Assembly: GCA_002331145.1 (NCBI GenBank)
Contig: DCYT01000001.1
Coordinates: 287,697-351,696 of the forward strand
Direction of reading: 5' to 3'
Length of the DNA: 64,000 nt
Source of the DNA: Candidatus Minusculum obligatum
GTDB lineage: Bacteria; Patescibacteriota; Minisyncoccia; Phycocordibacterales; Phycocordibacteraceae
Shown: positions 8,442 through 17,921 of the stretch, one piece after another
How positions within the stretch are numbered: position 1 is the stretch's first letter
Layout: every line of letters starts with the position of its first letter
Program-made: the position numbers and the translations under genes
Notes under the pieces: model-generated
The model's input: the letters and a program-made list of their open reading frames with translations, nothing else
The model's database searches: none
What the model was told of the DNA's origin: nothing

Positions 8442-10364
8442 CTATTTCTCTTCTGTATCTGCGTGCTCTATGTCTAATTTCTTTTTGGGTGTAATACCGT
8501 TTGCAATAAGAAGCTCTTCAAACTCAGCTCGCTCAAGCGTTTCAACTTCAATAAGTTTCTTCGCAATTACATCGAGCGCATCCTTGTGCTTTGTAAGGAT
8601 TTTCTTTGCCTCCTTCTTTGCGCCAGTAATAATTTTTGTAACTTCCCCATCAATAAGAGCAGATACTTCCTCTGAATATCCCTTTTCACTCATTCCTCCA
8701 CCAAATAGTGGCTTCCCTCCATCACTCTCAAGTGCAATAGGCCCAACCTTAGAACTCATTCCCCACTTCGTAACCATATTGCGAGCAAGGTTTGTAAGAA
8801 CCTGAAGGTCATTTGATGGTCCAGTTGTTAGATCTCCAAATATCATTTCCTCTGCAACATATCCTCCAAGCGTTACCGCAATATCATCATGGAACTCTTT
8901 CTTTGAGTGCATTCGCTTATCTTCTAAAGGAAGATTTAGCGTATATCCTGCAGCTCGTCCTCGAGAGATAATTGAAATCTTGTGTACGGGATCAGCGTAT
9001 GGAAGCACTGATGCAACAAGTGCATGCCCTGCCTCATGATATGCAGTTATCTCCTTCTCTTTTGCAGAAAGAATGTGGCTCTTTCGTTCAGGTCCAAGCA
9101 TTACCTTCTCAATAGATCGAATAAGGTCATACTGCGTAATAGTTTTTCGATTCTCACGCGCAGCTAAGATAGCTCCCTCATTCATAAGAGACTGGAGTTC
9201 AGCTCCAGAGAACCCGGGAGTTCGCTCTGCAATAACTGCAAGATCTACATCATCGTGGAAAGGTTTCTTTACCGCGTGGATCTTAAGAATATCTTCTCGA
9301 TCTTTTCGATCAGGCACATCAATAGTTACCCTTCGATCAAATCGTCCAGGACGAAGGAGTGCCGGATCAAGTACATCTGGTCGGTTAGTTGCAGCCATTA
9401 CAATTACTTTATTGTTTGGCTCAAATCCATCCATCTCTACAAGAATCTGATTAAGTGTCTGCTCACGCTCATCATTTCCTCCTCCCATTCCAGCACCACG
9501 AGATCGTCCTACCGCATCAATCTCATCGATAAAGATAATTGCTGGTGCCATTTGCTTTGCCATCTTGAAGAGATCTCGAACGCGAGACGCTCCAACTCCT
9601 ACAAACATCTCAACAAACTCAGATCCTGAGATTGTGAAAAATGGCACACCCGCCTCACCTGCCACAGCACGTGCAAGAAGTGTCTTTCCAGTACCTGGTG
9701 CTCCCATTAGAAGAATTCCTTTTGGAATACGAGCTCCAATATCCAAGAACTTCTTTGGACTCTTAAGGAAATCTACAACTTCAACCAACTCTTCTTTTGC
9801 CTCCTTTGCTCCTGCAACATCTTTAAAGGTTACGCGTTGGTTTTTGTCAGCTGGATCGATAATACGAGCTTTGCTTTGTCCAAAGTTAAGTGCTTGTACT
9901 CCCGCTCCCTTTATCTGCCTTGTGAGGAAGTAGAAAAGAACGATGAGGAATATAAGAGGAATAAGGAATGGCCCAAGTGTAAGAAGCCAGAACCCAAGTC
10001 CACTTTGATTTTTAATTTCAATAGTCACCCCAGACAATTGATCATTGCTTACGCCATAGTTAGCAAGCGTTTCTGTTATTGCAGTATTTACTTCTTTTTT
10101 AGATTTCTTTTCACTCTCATCAAGGTATGCAATTTCAAGTGTGTCTCCTGATACAACAATAGACTCAACAAATCCTGCCTGTACATCTTGTGCCACTTGT
10201 GAGAGTGCGATTTCTTCCTTTTCTTTTCCATCTCCCACAAAGACGGTAAATAGTGCCATCAGGAAGAAAATAGCGGCGATTCCTGTTAAAAGATTAGAAC
10301 TAAATGAAGGTATTTTGGGTGTCTTTTTACTACGTTTTACTTGCTTTTTCTGGGGCTTGCTCAT
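8442..10364 (-). CDS. ftsH: ATP-dependent zinc metalloprotease FtsH
   Basis: Two TM helices, [28 protein letters not shown] and HEAGH motifs. Confidence 0.98.
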   Translation of the reverse strand: MSKPQKKQVKRSKKTPKIPSFSSNLLTGIAAIFFLMALFTVFVGDGKEKEEIALSQVAQDVQAGFVESIVVSGDTLEIAYLDESEKKSKKEVNTAITETLANYGVSNDQLSGVTIEIKNQSGLGFWLLTLGPFLIPLIFLIVLFYFLTRQIKGAGVQALNFGQSKARIIDPADKNQRVTFKDVAGAKEAKEELVEVVDFLKSPKKFLDIGARIPKGILLMGAPGTGKTLLARAVAGEAGVPFFTISGSEFVEMFVGVGASRVRDLFKMAKQMAPAIIFIDEIDAVGRSRGAGMGGGNDEREQTLNQILVEMDGFEPNNKVIVMAATNRPDVLDPALLRPGRFDRRVTIDVPDRKDREDILKIHAVKKPFHDDVDLAVIAERTPGFSGAELQSLMNEGAILAARENRKTITQYDLIRSIEKVMLGPERKSHILSAKEKEITAYHEAGHALVASVLPYADPVHKISIISRGRAAGYTLNLPLEDKRMHSKKEFHDDIAVTLGGYVAEEMIFGDLTTGPSNDLQVLTNLARNMVTKWGMSSKVGPIALESDGGKPLFGGGMSEKGYSEEVSALIDGEVTKIITGAKKEAKKILTKHKDALDVIAKKLIEVETLERAEFEELLIANGITPKKKLDIEHADTEEK

Positions 10365-10399
10365 AGGGTGCTATTATACACAACGACAGATATCTTCCT

Positions 10400-10846
10400 A
10401 TGGGAATACTAGTTTCAAACAAAAAAGCACACTTTGATTTCGAGATTTTAGAAGAAATTGAGGCAGGAGCAGAGCTTCTCGGAACCGAAGTGAAATCGCT
10501 AAAGAATAACCAAGGGTCACTTGTTGGTGCTCGTGTGGTTGTTCGCGGTAGCGAAGCACACCTTGTGGGAGCAACCATTCCTCCATTTCAAGCAAATAAT
10601 GTTCCTGAAGAGTATGACCCGGAGCGTCCAAGAAGACTTCTTTTATCTAAAAAACAGATCGACCAGGTACAGCAAGCAGAAGAAAGTGATGGCTTGACCA
10701 CTATTCCACTTTCATGGTATAATAAAGGAAGGTTGGTAAAGCTTTCTATTGGAATCGCGAGAGGAAAAAAGAAAGCAGATAAGCGAGAAAAAATTAAGGC
10801 TCGTGATATCGGAAGAGATATTGCCAGAGCCTTTAAGATTCGCTAA
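10400..10846 (+). CDS. smpB: SsrA-binding protein
   Basis: NKKAHFDF, GTEVKSL and GKKKADKRE motifs; tmRNA nearby. Confidence 0.96.
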   Translation: MGILVSNKKAHFDFEILEEIEAGAELLGTEVKSLKNNQGSLVGARVVVRGSEAHLVGATIPPFQANNVPEEYDPERPRRLLLSKKQIDQVQQAEESDGLTTIPLSWYNKGRLVKLSIGIARGKKKADKREKIKARDIGRDIARAFKIR

Positions 10847-10953
10847 CCTTAAGTCAGAGCACCTTTACACATTAGATTTTCTGAAGGTACAGAATTGAAG
10901 CCCGTACCCTCCATTTTGGAGTTGTGGTAGTCATATACAAAAGGAATATTTAA

Positions 10954-11145
10954 ATGACAATAAATGCAGAGAAAGTTGAAAACCAATATCGAAATGGCAT
11001 GGGGGTCTCATATTTTGATTTCCTCCTACATACGGATCCTTCGGGGGTGCACCCAAAGCACATCGAAGATCCTGATGCGGACGCATTCGAATTTGAATTC
11101 GAAGAGCCAGACGGCACGCCAATCGATCAAATTTTTCAACATTGA
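10954..11145 (+). CDS. Acidic 63-aa orphan between smpB and ssrA
   Basis: AAAGGA SD; followed by the hairpin ggggaatt...aattcccc. Confidence 0.5.
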   Translation: MTINAEKVENQYRNGMGVSYFDFLLHTDPSGVHPKHIEDPDADAFEFEFEEPDGTPIDQIFQH

Positions 11146-11236
11146 TCTTTCTTGGGGAATTGCAACAGTAATTCCCCTACCTTCAGAGAACCTAATGTCA
11201 TTCACGGAAAGCACAGTAGCAGCTAGTGTGTTCCCC

Positions 11237-11624
11237 GGGGATGATCGGCTTCGACATTCTTGTACCTTGATAATGTGCGACATCGTGCACGTTCGTTAAC
11301 ACGTAAAATTGCGAACACCATATACATGCAAACAATTCATTTGCACGTGCGGTAAAGTCACCATTTAGCATGGCTGACTTCGCATTCGCTCGCGTTTAAG
11401 CTAGCGGCTCAGTACAATCCTTTTCTTGTGGGGAGCGTACATGAGGTTATCTCGCAAGATCGGAAAAGATATGTGCTCCATATATTTTCTTAAACCTTAG
11501 AGCTCGACGTGACTGGGTTTTGTCTACTTCTTACCACCACGTTTAAATCCCTGAGGTAGACTATGTGTCGTAGAAGCATCATTGAGAACATTTTTGGACG
11601 CGGGTTCGATTCCCGCCATCTCCA
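11237..11624 (+). ncRNA. ssrA: tmRNA; tag ORF 11328-11399 = ANNSFARAVKSPFSMADFAFARV
   Basis: 5' GGGGATG...GGCTTCGAC and 3' GACGCGGGTTCGATTCCCGCCATCTCCA tRNA-like domain; downstream of smpB. Confidence 0.95.
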
Positions 11625-11626
11625 CA

Positions 11627-11666
11627 AATAACAAAAGACCCTCCAAATGGAGGGTCTTTTGTTATT
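11627..11666. terminator. Bidirectional terminator after ssrA
   Basis: aataacaaaagaccctcc...ggagggtcttttgttatt. Confidence 0.85.
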
Positions 11667-11671
11667 TAAAG

Positions 11672-12106
11672 CTATTCTCCAGAACTATAGAAGAGTTCTA
11701 TAACATCATTTTCTGCAATAATGTAGGAAGTGTAGTCGCCTACGACTTCTCCATTTACACGCATTTCAATCAGCGCCCCAAAAGCTGTTGCTATGTCCTT
11801 CCCCCAAATATCAAAGAAATTTGTGAGAAGAAGATCTTCTGTGCGTACAGTTTCTCCAAACTCTAGATGAAGTACACCATCTGCAACATCCTCTACATGT
11901 GTATGCATTGGATAGTGCCCTCCTACAAGACCAACGTTTGCAGGAATGTCTTGTTTTATTTCATCTGAGTAGATGGTAAGCGTTGGATGCCAGTGCAAAC
12001 CTTGCTTTGCAACTACATCCTCACCGCCTGATCCAATACCTCCTGCCCACCAGAGTAATCCTCCAAGTGCAATAATTCCTACAATAGTTATTCCTAGATT
12101 TTTCAT
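11672..12106 (-). CDS. Membrane-anchored His-motif protein
   Basis: N-terminal TM; LHWHP, MHTH and GVLHLE motifs. Confidence 0.65.
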   Translation of the reverse strand: MKNLGITIVGIIALGGLLWWAGGIGSGGEDVVAKQGLHWHPTLTIYSDEIKQDIPANVGLVGGHYPMHTHVEDVADGVLHLEFGETVRTEDLLLTNFFDIWGKDIATAFGALIEMRVNGEVVGDYTSYIIAENDVIELFYSSGE

Positions 12107-12131
12107 ATTACTTTCGTGATTCTTCAATAAG

Positions 12132-12470
12132 CTACTTTTTAAACACCAACGCAAGCGCCATAAACGCTAACCCTACATCTCGAATACCAGAAGGCGTATT
12201 CCCTAGAGACAGTGCAATGAGGAAAAGGTGCAAAGCAACAATAAGTGCACTTATCCGCACAAAGATTCCAAATAGAATAAAAGCACCAAGTATTATCTCT
12301 ACCCCTCCATTTAGAAGCACAATAAGCTCTGGAGTAAATGGAGATATATTTACTACCCACTCAGGAATAAAGTATGTCCACTTAGATGGATCAAGTATTT
12401 GATTTATTCCAAACCAAAACAGAACAATAGAAAGTCCGACACGAAGGACACACTGCATTGTTATTTTCAT
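12132..12470 (-). CDS. DoxX-family membrane protein
   Basis: LRVGLSIVLFWFG, EIILG and RDVGL pattern; about 4 TM helices. Confidence 0.75.
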   Translation of the reverse strand: MKITMQCVLRVGLSIVLFWFGINQILDPSKWTYFIPEWVVNISPFTPELIVLLNGGVEIILGAFILFGIFVRISALIVALHLFLIALSLGNTPSGIRDVGLAFMALALVFKK

Positions 12471-12889
12471 GACTGCGCCCCCTCAATTACACCAAGTGTT
12501 CCGATAAACTGCCCAACCTTGGGAAGCATCTGTGCTCTATCCTCTCCATGCTGTGCATTGAGTGCCTCTTCAAATTTTGTAGACTCACCACATACAGAGA
12601 TAATTGCTTCCATTCCTCCTGGATGCTTTCCTACCCAATCAGTTATGTCATATACAGACCCTGCGTATGACACCCAACAATCATCCTTTGAGTTATGAAG
12701 AGCTAACTCTTCCTCTGAAATCATTGGTGCAAAACCACCACTATTTTCATTGCTCTCTTCCTCTACTACCACCTCTTCTTCTGTCTCTATAGGGTTGGTA
12801 AATACCTCAAGACTGCTTGATCGCCAGATCAGAAGCATTCCTACTGCCACTACGATAAATACGGCTATAGTTACTGTTGCTTTGTTCAT
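12467..12889 (-). CDS. Cytochrome b5-like heme/steroid-binding protein
   Basis: HNSKDDCWVSYAGSVYDITDWVGKHPGG motif; N-terminal TM. Confidence 0.88.
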   Translation of the reverse strand: MNKATVTIAVFIVVAVGMLLIWRSSSLEVFTNPIETEEEVVVEEESNENSGGFAPMISEEELALHNSKDDCWVSYAGSVYDITDWVGKHPGGMEAIISVCGESTKFEEALNAQHGEDRAQMLPKVGQFIGTLGVIEGAQS

Positions 12890-12976
12890 ATACAGACAGT
12901 ATACATCCGATTGACAAGCATCAGCAAAATACGTACCTTCATGTTAGATTCACATTCAACATTTTGGAGATATGCC

Positions 12977-13297
12977 ATGGAAATCACACCTGATTTTCTT
13001 ATTAAGCGAAACATACTCTTTGTTGTCAGCGAAAGTCTTGGGATTCAAGTTGGAGAGTATGTTGAGAAAGGTACAGTTATCTCGGTTGATAAAGACCAGG
13101 AAACTGCGACAGTATGCTTCATATACCATGGATACAAGTCCGCAACTGAAGAGGTTCCCTTTTCTCACATTTACTCTGTGGAAGATTTGGAAAACGGCAC
13201 CCATCTTCGCATATGTAGCTTCGTCGGAAATTGTCACGATCTTCGAGACAAAGCACCGTTTGGGACTCACAAAATTCCCGAAATGGCCGAAAACTGA
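12977..13297 (+). CDS. Orphan protein, beta-rich
   Basis: TTGACA-17-TACCTT promoter, TGGAG SD, ATG 12977; terminator at 13303-13339. Confidence 0.65.
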   Translation: MEITPDFLIKRNILFVVSESLGIQVGEYVEKGTVISVDKDQETATVCFIYHGYKSATEEVPFSHIYSVEDLENGTHLRICSFVGNCHDLRDKAPFGTHKIPEMAEN

Positions 13298-13405
13298 TCC
13301 TTTGGAACCACCAACACCCTGTTGGTGGTTTTCCTTTTATATAGAGCTATATTTCGTTGCTTTTGCACACCTCACATGGTATAGTCCTAGCCACAATCCA
13401 ACGCT

Positions 13406-13984
13406 TTGAAAAACGAACGAATTAGAATCAATGAAGAAATTCGCGCGAAAGAACTCCGCGTAGTCGGCGCCGAAGGCGCCAATTTGGGTGTTATAACCCT
13501 AGAGGAGGCACTTAAAGCAGCACAGGATGCCGGGCTTGATCTTATTGAGATCTCTCCCAAAGCAAAACCTCCTGTTGCCAAGGTGATGGATTATGGTAAA
13601 TTCCAGTACGAGCAGAAGAAGAAGGACAGCGCAATGCGCGCTAAGAGTAAGCCAACAGAGACCAAGAGTGTCCAGGTAAAAATGGGTACTGGCGAGCACG
13701 ACAAAATGCTTAAAGCAAAACGTGCAGCAGAATGGCTCTCTGAAGGACACCGTGTAAAAGTTGAATTGTTCCTCAAAGGACGATACAAGTACATGGATCA
13801 GGCTCTTCTTAAGGGAAAACTTGAAGAATTTCTAAAAGTTACCCCACACGCATTTAAAATCGCTGATCCTGTTCGGAAGGTTCCAAAAGGATTTGCAACC
13901 GTAATCGAGCGAGAAGTTACAAAGAAAAAACATGAAGACAAACAAGTCATTCACAAAGAGACTAAAGACGACCAAGAAGGGTAA
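13406..13984 (+). CDS. infC: Translation initiation factor IF-3 (TTG start)
   Basis: RINEEIRA, LDLIEISP and PPVAKVMDYGKF motifs; TTGCTT-17-TATAGT promoter. Confidence 0.96.
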   Translation: MKNERIRINEEIRAKELRVVGAEGANLGVITLEEALKAAQDAGLDLIEISPKAKPPVAKVMDYGKFQYEQKKKDSAMRAKSKPTETKSVQVKMGTGEHDKMLKAKRAAEWLSEGHRVKVELFLKGRYKYMDQALLKGKLEEFLKVTPHAFKIADPVRKVPKGFATVIEREVTKKKHEDKQVIHKETKDDQEG

Positions 13985-14117
13985 GATTATTGCCAGGGCT
14001 AAAGGGCAAGATCACTACAATGCCAAAGAAGGTCGAAAGACAAAGACGACAAAGCGTCAGCCTGTTTCTATTTCTCTTACAAACAAGGCAAAGCGACGGT
14101 TCCTACCTCGCGTATAA
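13932..14117 (+). CDS. rpmI: 50S ribosomal protein L35
   Basis: MKTNKSFTKRLKTT; between infC and rplT. Confidence 0.9.
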   Translation: MKTNKSFTKRLKTTKKGKIIARAKGQDHYNAKEGRKTKTTKRQPVSISLTNKAKRRFLPRV

Positions 14118-14132
14118 TTTTTAGTATTTACT

Positions 14133-14480
14133 ATGGCACGAGCAACATCAGCAGTAGCACGAAATAAGCACCGAAAGGAAGTCCTTAAGCGAACTAAGGG
14201 GTTCATGTGGGGGCGAAAGAACAAGGAAAAGCTAGCGAAGCAGGCGCTATTTAATGCAGGAGAGTATGCTTTCGCACACCGAAAGGATAAGAAGAATGAC
14301 TTTAGAAAGCTTTGGATCGTTCGAATCAATGCAGCACTACGTGCTCTTGGAGGAGGTTCATACAGCCGACTTATCGATACACTCAATAAGAAGAATATCG
14401 AGCTAGACCGAAAAGCTCTTGCAACTCTTGCCAAGGACAAGCCAGAAGTATTTGAAAGAGTAGTAAAAGAGATCTCATAA
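14133..14480 (+). CDS. rplT: 50S ribosomal protein L20
   Basis: FRKLWIVRINAA and IELDRKALA motifs. Confidence 0.96.
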   Translation: MARATSAVARNKHRKEVLKRTKGFMWGRKNKEKLAKQALFNAGEYAFAHRKDKKNDFRKLWIVRINAALRALGGGSYSRLIDTLNKKNIELDRKALATLAKDKPEVFERVVKEIS

Positions 14481-14506
14481 CAAAAGCCCCGAGAGGGGCT
14501 TTTTTA

Positions 14507-15868
14507 TTACTTCAGTGTATACGTCTTCCCTTTCTCTGGAACTATAGCCTTCACATCTAAGAAATCATGCAGTCTTTGAGCTAAGAAGCTTGCAGGCCCC
14601 GGCTCTCCCATAGCAAGGAATGCTGTATCAAGCTTTGTGCTTGTATGAGAGACAAACTCTACAAGATTATCTCTATCAGCGTGCGCTGAGTATCCTGAAA
14701 GCGTTTCAATAGTTGCCTTTACCGGCACTTCTTTATTAAAGATACGAACTTTCTTCCCTCCATCTTGCAGTACTCGCCCCATACTTCCTGCGGCTTGGTA
14801 CCCCACTATCATAAGCGTGCTTTTTGGATCATCTAAATACTGCATCTCATGATGCTGAATACGTCCTCCGTGGCTCATACCAGCTCCAGCGATAATAATC
14901 TTTGGAGTTTCTGCATGCAAGATTGCTTTTGATGCATCACGAGACTCTGTCTTCTCAAGGAAATCGAAATCAAAAATGTCTCCTTCTTTTTTAATCTCTC
15001 CCTGAAGATCTTGTTTTAGATACTTACTATATTTTTTATAAATCTCCGTAACCTTAATCGCCAGTGGTGAATCAAGAAATACTGGAATCTTTGGAATCTC
15101 TCCTGCTTCCATCATATTTGAAAGGTTATAAAGGAGTATCTGTGTACGCTCCATAGAGAATGCAGGAATCATGAGAGTCCCGCCACGCTCAATTGAGCGA
15201 AGAATAATATCTCGAAGCTTCTCTTCTCTGTGCTCTATATCTTCATGCAAACGGTCCCCATACACGCTCTCCATAATGAGGTAGTCAGCATCTGCAATAA
15301 CTTCAGTATTAGGAAGTAGTGGTGATGGAGAGTTCCCTAAGTCTCCTGTAAATACATATGACTTATCTGTTTGCTTGTGTGTAATGCGGACAATGGCAGA
15401 TCCTAGAATGTGCCCTGCATCAAAGAACTCACAAACGAAATCCCCTATCTCAAACTTCTTGTGATACTCATGTGTCTCTACTTTCTGCAGCAACCCATCT
15501 ACATGGCCTTTACTGTACATTGGAGGAATATTCTTTCTCTCTGCTTCTCTCTTTAGAATCCCTTCAGAGTCTGCAAGCATTACAGTCAAAAGATCTTCTG
15601 TTGGCGGCGTACAGTACACACCTCCATTAAACCCGTCTTTGATAAGCTTTGGGGCTCTACCAATATGATCTAGGTGGGCATGCGTAAAGATAAGGGCATG
15701 AATGTCTTTGGGATCATATTCAAAATCATCAAAGTTACACTTATCACAAAAATCTTTTCCTTGCGTTAGTCCACAATCAACAAGAATGTTTGTAGTCCCA
15801 TCTGAGAGAAGGAAATTAGCTCCTGTTACCGTCCCTGCTCCTCCGTAAAATCCAACTGTTATTTCCAT
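14507..15868 (-). CDS. MBL-fold beta-CASP ribonuclease
   Basis: THAHLDHIG, AGHILGS, MESVYG and YSAHAD motifs. Confidence 0.9.
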   Translation of the reverse strand: MEITVGFYGGAGTVTGANFLLSDGTTNILVDCGLTQGKDFCDKCNFDDFEYDPKDIHALIFTHAHLDHIGRAPKLIKDGFNGGVYCTPPTEDLLTVMLADSEGILKREAERKNIPPMYSKGHVDGLLQKVETHEYHKKFEIGDFVCEFFDAGHILGSAIVRITHKQTDKSYVFTGDLGNSPSPLLPNTEVIADADYLIMESVYGDRLHEDIEHREEKLRDIILRSIERGGTLMIPAFSMERTQILLYNLSNMMEAGEIPKIPVFLDSPLAIKVTEIYKKYSKYLKQDLQGEIKKEGDIFDFDFLEKTESRDASKAILHAETPKIIIAGAGMSHGGRIQHHEMQYLDDPKSTLMIVGYQAAGSMGRVLQDGGKKVRIFNKEVPVKATIETLSGYSAHADRDNLVEFVSHTSTKLDTAFLAMGEPGPASFLAQRLHDFLDVKAIVPEKGKTYTLK

Positions 15869-16215
15869 AGCTTTACTCCACTATATACCACTAATACTCC
15901 CAATGTATCCATTATTAGATCAATGCTGGTATCAACAAGATCCCACGCACCATCATAGAGCCCAAATACATACTCAAATACCTCCCACCCTATTCCAATA
16001 GCAAGGAGTGAGAGAAGGAGCGTTATCTTTTTCGGAGTGTTTAAAACATCAGAGATAATAAGCCCAATACCTCCAACCAATACTCCACCCAGGAAGTGCA
16101 TCAAAATATCAAACCACCACCATTTCCAATAAAGATACTCCGCAAGTGCAATGTCTTGAAGAAGTGCTATTACCCCAGCAAGAACAAGCGTAGATATAAG
16201 TAAGCGAAGTCGCAT
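15859..16215 (-). CDS. Membrane protein
   Basis: WWFDILMHFLGG, GWEVFE and DTSIDLIMD motifs; about 4 TM helices. Confidence 0.75.
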   Translation of the reverse strand: MRLRLLISTLVLAGVIALLQDIALAEYLYWKWWWFDILMHFLGGVLVGGIGLIISDVLNTPKKITLLLSLLAIGIGWEVFEYVFGLYDGAWDLVDTSIDLIMDTLGVLVVYSGVKLWK

Positions 16216-16234
16216 ATGAAGAAACTCTACCACG

Positions 16235-16384
16235 AAAAAATCCGCCAGGTGGCGGATACTTTCGATAGGGTTATTCAGTTAAGCAACTCTGTAAGTTACG
16301 TGGGTGCCCTCAGTCATATCTACGATCGATATAACGATTCGAGCTTCCCTAGTGTTGCTCAGTTGCAATTTCGAACAACCCTAC
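16235..16384 (-). ncRNA. Candidate rod-shaped small RNA (6S-like)
   Basis: TGgTATACT promoter, 11-bp terminal stem, nested stems with internal bubbles, own terminator. Confidence 0.6.
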
Positions 16385-16433
16385 TAACAGTATACCACCA
16401 GAGAAATTACAGTGGTCTACTCCATCCTGTGTA

Positions 16434-17024
16434 TTACGACTCGTCTACTCCAAACCGGTTGTAGTTGAAGATTTCTTTGTCTCCAAACCAGTACTTGATC
16501 TCATGCTCTGCCTCCTCTGGGGTTTCAGATGCATGTACAAGATTCATAACTGCTCGCTTCTCAGCGTTAGCGAGTGCTGGTGAGTCATTTGAGAAGTCTC
16601 CTCGGATTGTTCCCATGTCAGCAGCGTATGGAAGTGTAGGTCCACAAATCTTTCGAACCATATCAATAGCGTGTACACCTTGCACTACCATTCGCACAAG
16701 AGGAGCTGAGACCATGTAGTCTACCACCCACTTTCGAACCTCAGGTCCAATCTTAGCTGGATCATCTGTTCCATAATCTACAACTGGATCAAGATCATAC
16801 TTTGCATATGTCTTTAGAGTCTTCTCTCCAAGACCTGTGATCCACTTCTCATCCTTTGGATAATGCTCATTGATCTGCTCCTTTGTTGGCTGGAACATCT
16901 CAATAGCAACGATCTTAAGATCTCGCTGCTCAAATCGCTTAATAATCTCTCCAATAAGTCCCTTGCGTACACCGTCTGGCTTTACCATTACGTACGTCTT
17001 TTCTTCCTTAAAGTTCTTTTGCAT
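16434..17024 (-). CDS. ndk: Nucleoside diphosphate kinase
   Basis: MVKPDGV, GTIRGDF and NLVHASE motifs. Confidence 0.95.
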   Translation of the reverse strand: MQKNFKEEKTYVMVKPDGVRKGLIGEIIKRFEQRDLKIVAIEMFQPTKEQINEHYPKDEKWITGLGEKTLKTYAKYDLDPVVDYGTDDPAKIGPEVRKWVVDYMVSAPLVRMVVQGVHAIDMVRKICGPTLPYAADMGTIRGDFSNDSPALANAEKRAVMNLVHASETPEEAEHEIKYWFGDKEIFNYNRFGVDES

Positions 17025-17058
17025 ATGTGAGCAGTATACGGATTTTTTGGGTAAGTGA

Positions 17059-17138
17059 AAGGCCCTGTCAAAAGACAGGACCTTGTGACCACGCAGGCGT
17101 CCTCCTCTATTTATTGATCCTATAAAGATAGTAGCAAG
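17059..17138 (-). promoter_or_regulatory. Promoter + SD + GTG directly followed by a terminator (apparently empty expression cassette)
   Basis: TGcTACTAT, AGGAGG, 8 nt, GTG at 17092, hairpin 17059-17084. Confidence 0.5.
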
Positions 17139-17141
17139 AAC

Positions 17142-17921
17142 CTACTCATTGTCACGCCTTGTAACAACAATTGGATCTCCATCGGTAATTACAATGGTGT
17201 GCTCAAAGTGTGCACTCTTCTTTCCATCCGCAGTAGTTACCGTAAAGCCATCTTCATGAAAATCTACATCTCCAGTCCCGGCATTTAACATCGGCTCAAG
17301 CGCTATAACCATTCCGGCTTTAAGTTCTACACCTTCTCCCGGATTTCCAAAGTTTGGAATATTTGGCTCCTCATGAACTGCATACCCCACACCATGACCT
17401 GCCAAATCTTTTACAAGTCCATATCCTCTCTCTTTTACAAATTCCTCTACAGCGTATCCAATATCACCTGTAGTGTTTCCGGCGCGAGCTGCCTTAATCG
17501 CCTTATACAGAGCCTCCTTAGTGCTCTGAACGAGTGCTCTGGTCTCTTTATCTCCCTCTCCTACGATAAGCGTAAGGGCTGAATCAGTATACATTCCGTT
17601 ATATATAAATCCTGCATCAATACCAACTGTATCTCCCTCCTGAAGGATAATGGGCTCTACATTTGGAATACCATGCACTACCACGTCATTAACTGACACA
17701 CACAAACTTGCAGGGTATTTGTTATCTGCCCAGTCTGGCTTGTACCCTAGAAATGCTGCTTTCCCTCCAAGCTCTTCAATCTTCTGCTCTGCCAGATCAT
17801 TTAATGTGTCAGTTGAGACACCAGGTTTTATGTGCTCTGCAACATATGATAAAACCTCAGCCAAATACTTACCTGAAATCTTGAGGTTCTCAATATCCTC
17901 TGGCGTCTTAATACTTATCAT
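17142..17921 (-). CDS. map: Methionine aminopeptidase type I
   Basis: SVNDVVVHGIP, GHGVG, ALEPM and SAHFEHT motifs; ATGA overlap with adk. Confidence 0.96.
   Translation of the reverse strand: MISIKTPEDIENLKISGKYLAEVLSYVAEHIKPGVSTDTLNDLAEQKIEELGGKAAFLGYKPDWADNKYPASLCVSVNDVVVHGIPNVEPIILQEGDTVGIDAGFIYNGMYTDSALTLIVGEGDKETRALVQSTKEALYKAIKAARAGNTTGDIGYAVEEFVKERGYGLVKDLAGHGVGYAVHEEPNIPNFGNPGEGVELKAGMVIALEPMLNAGTGDVDFHEDGFTVTTADGKKSAHFEHTIVITDGDPIVVTRRDNE

Noticed and set aside
11146-12900. Prophage or integrative element at ssrA or the tRNAs
   Set aside because: No integrase and no duplicated 3' end of ssrA or either tRNA was found in the window.
13932-13984. infC-rpmI 53-nt overlap and TTG start as programmed recoding
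   Set aside because: Non-AUG infC starts are established, both proteins are intact, and a short C-terminal extension explains the overlap.
16414-16452. 10-bp direct repeat gtctactcca at the ndk 3' end
   Set aside because: Too short and too close together to support a target-site duplication.
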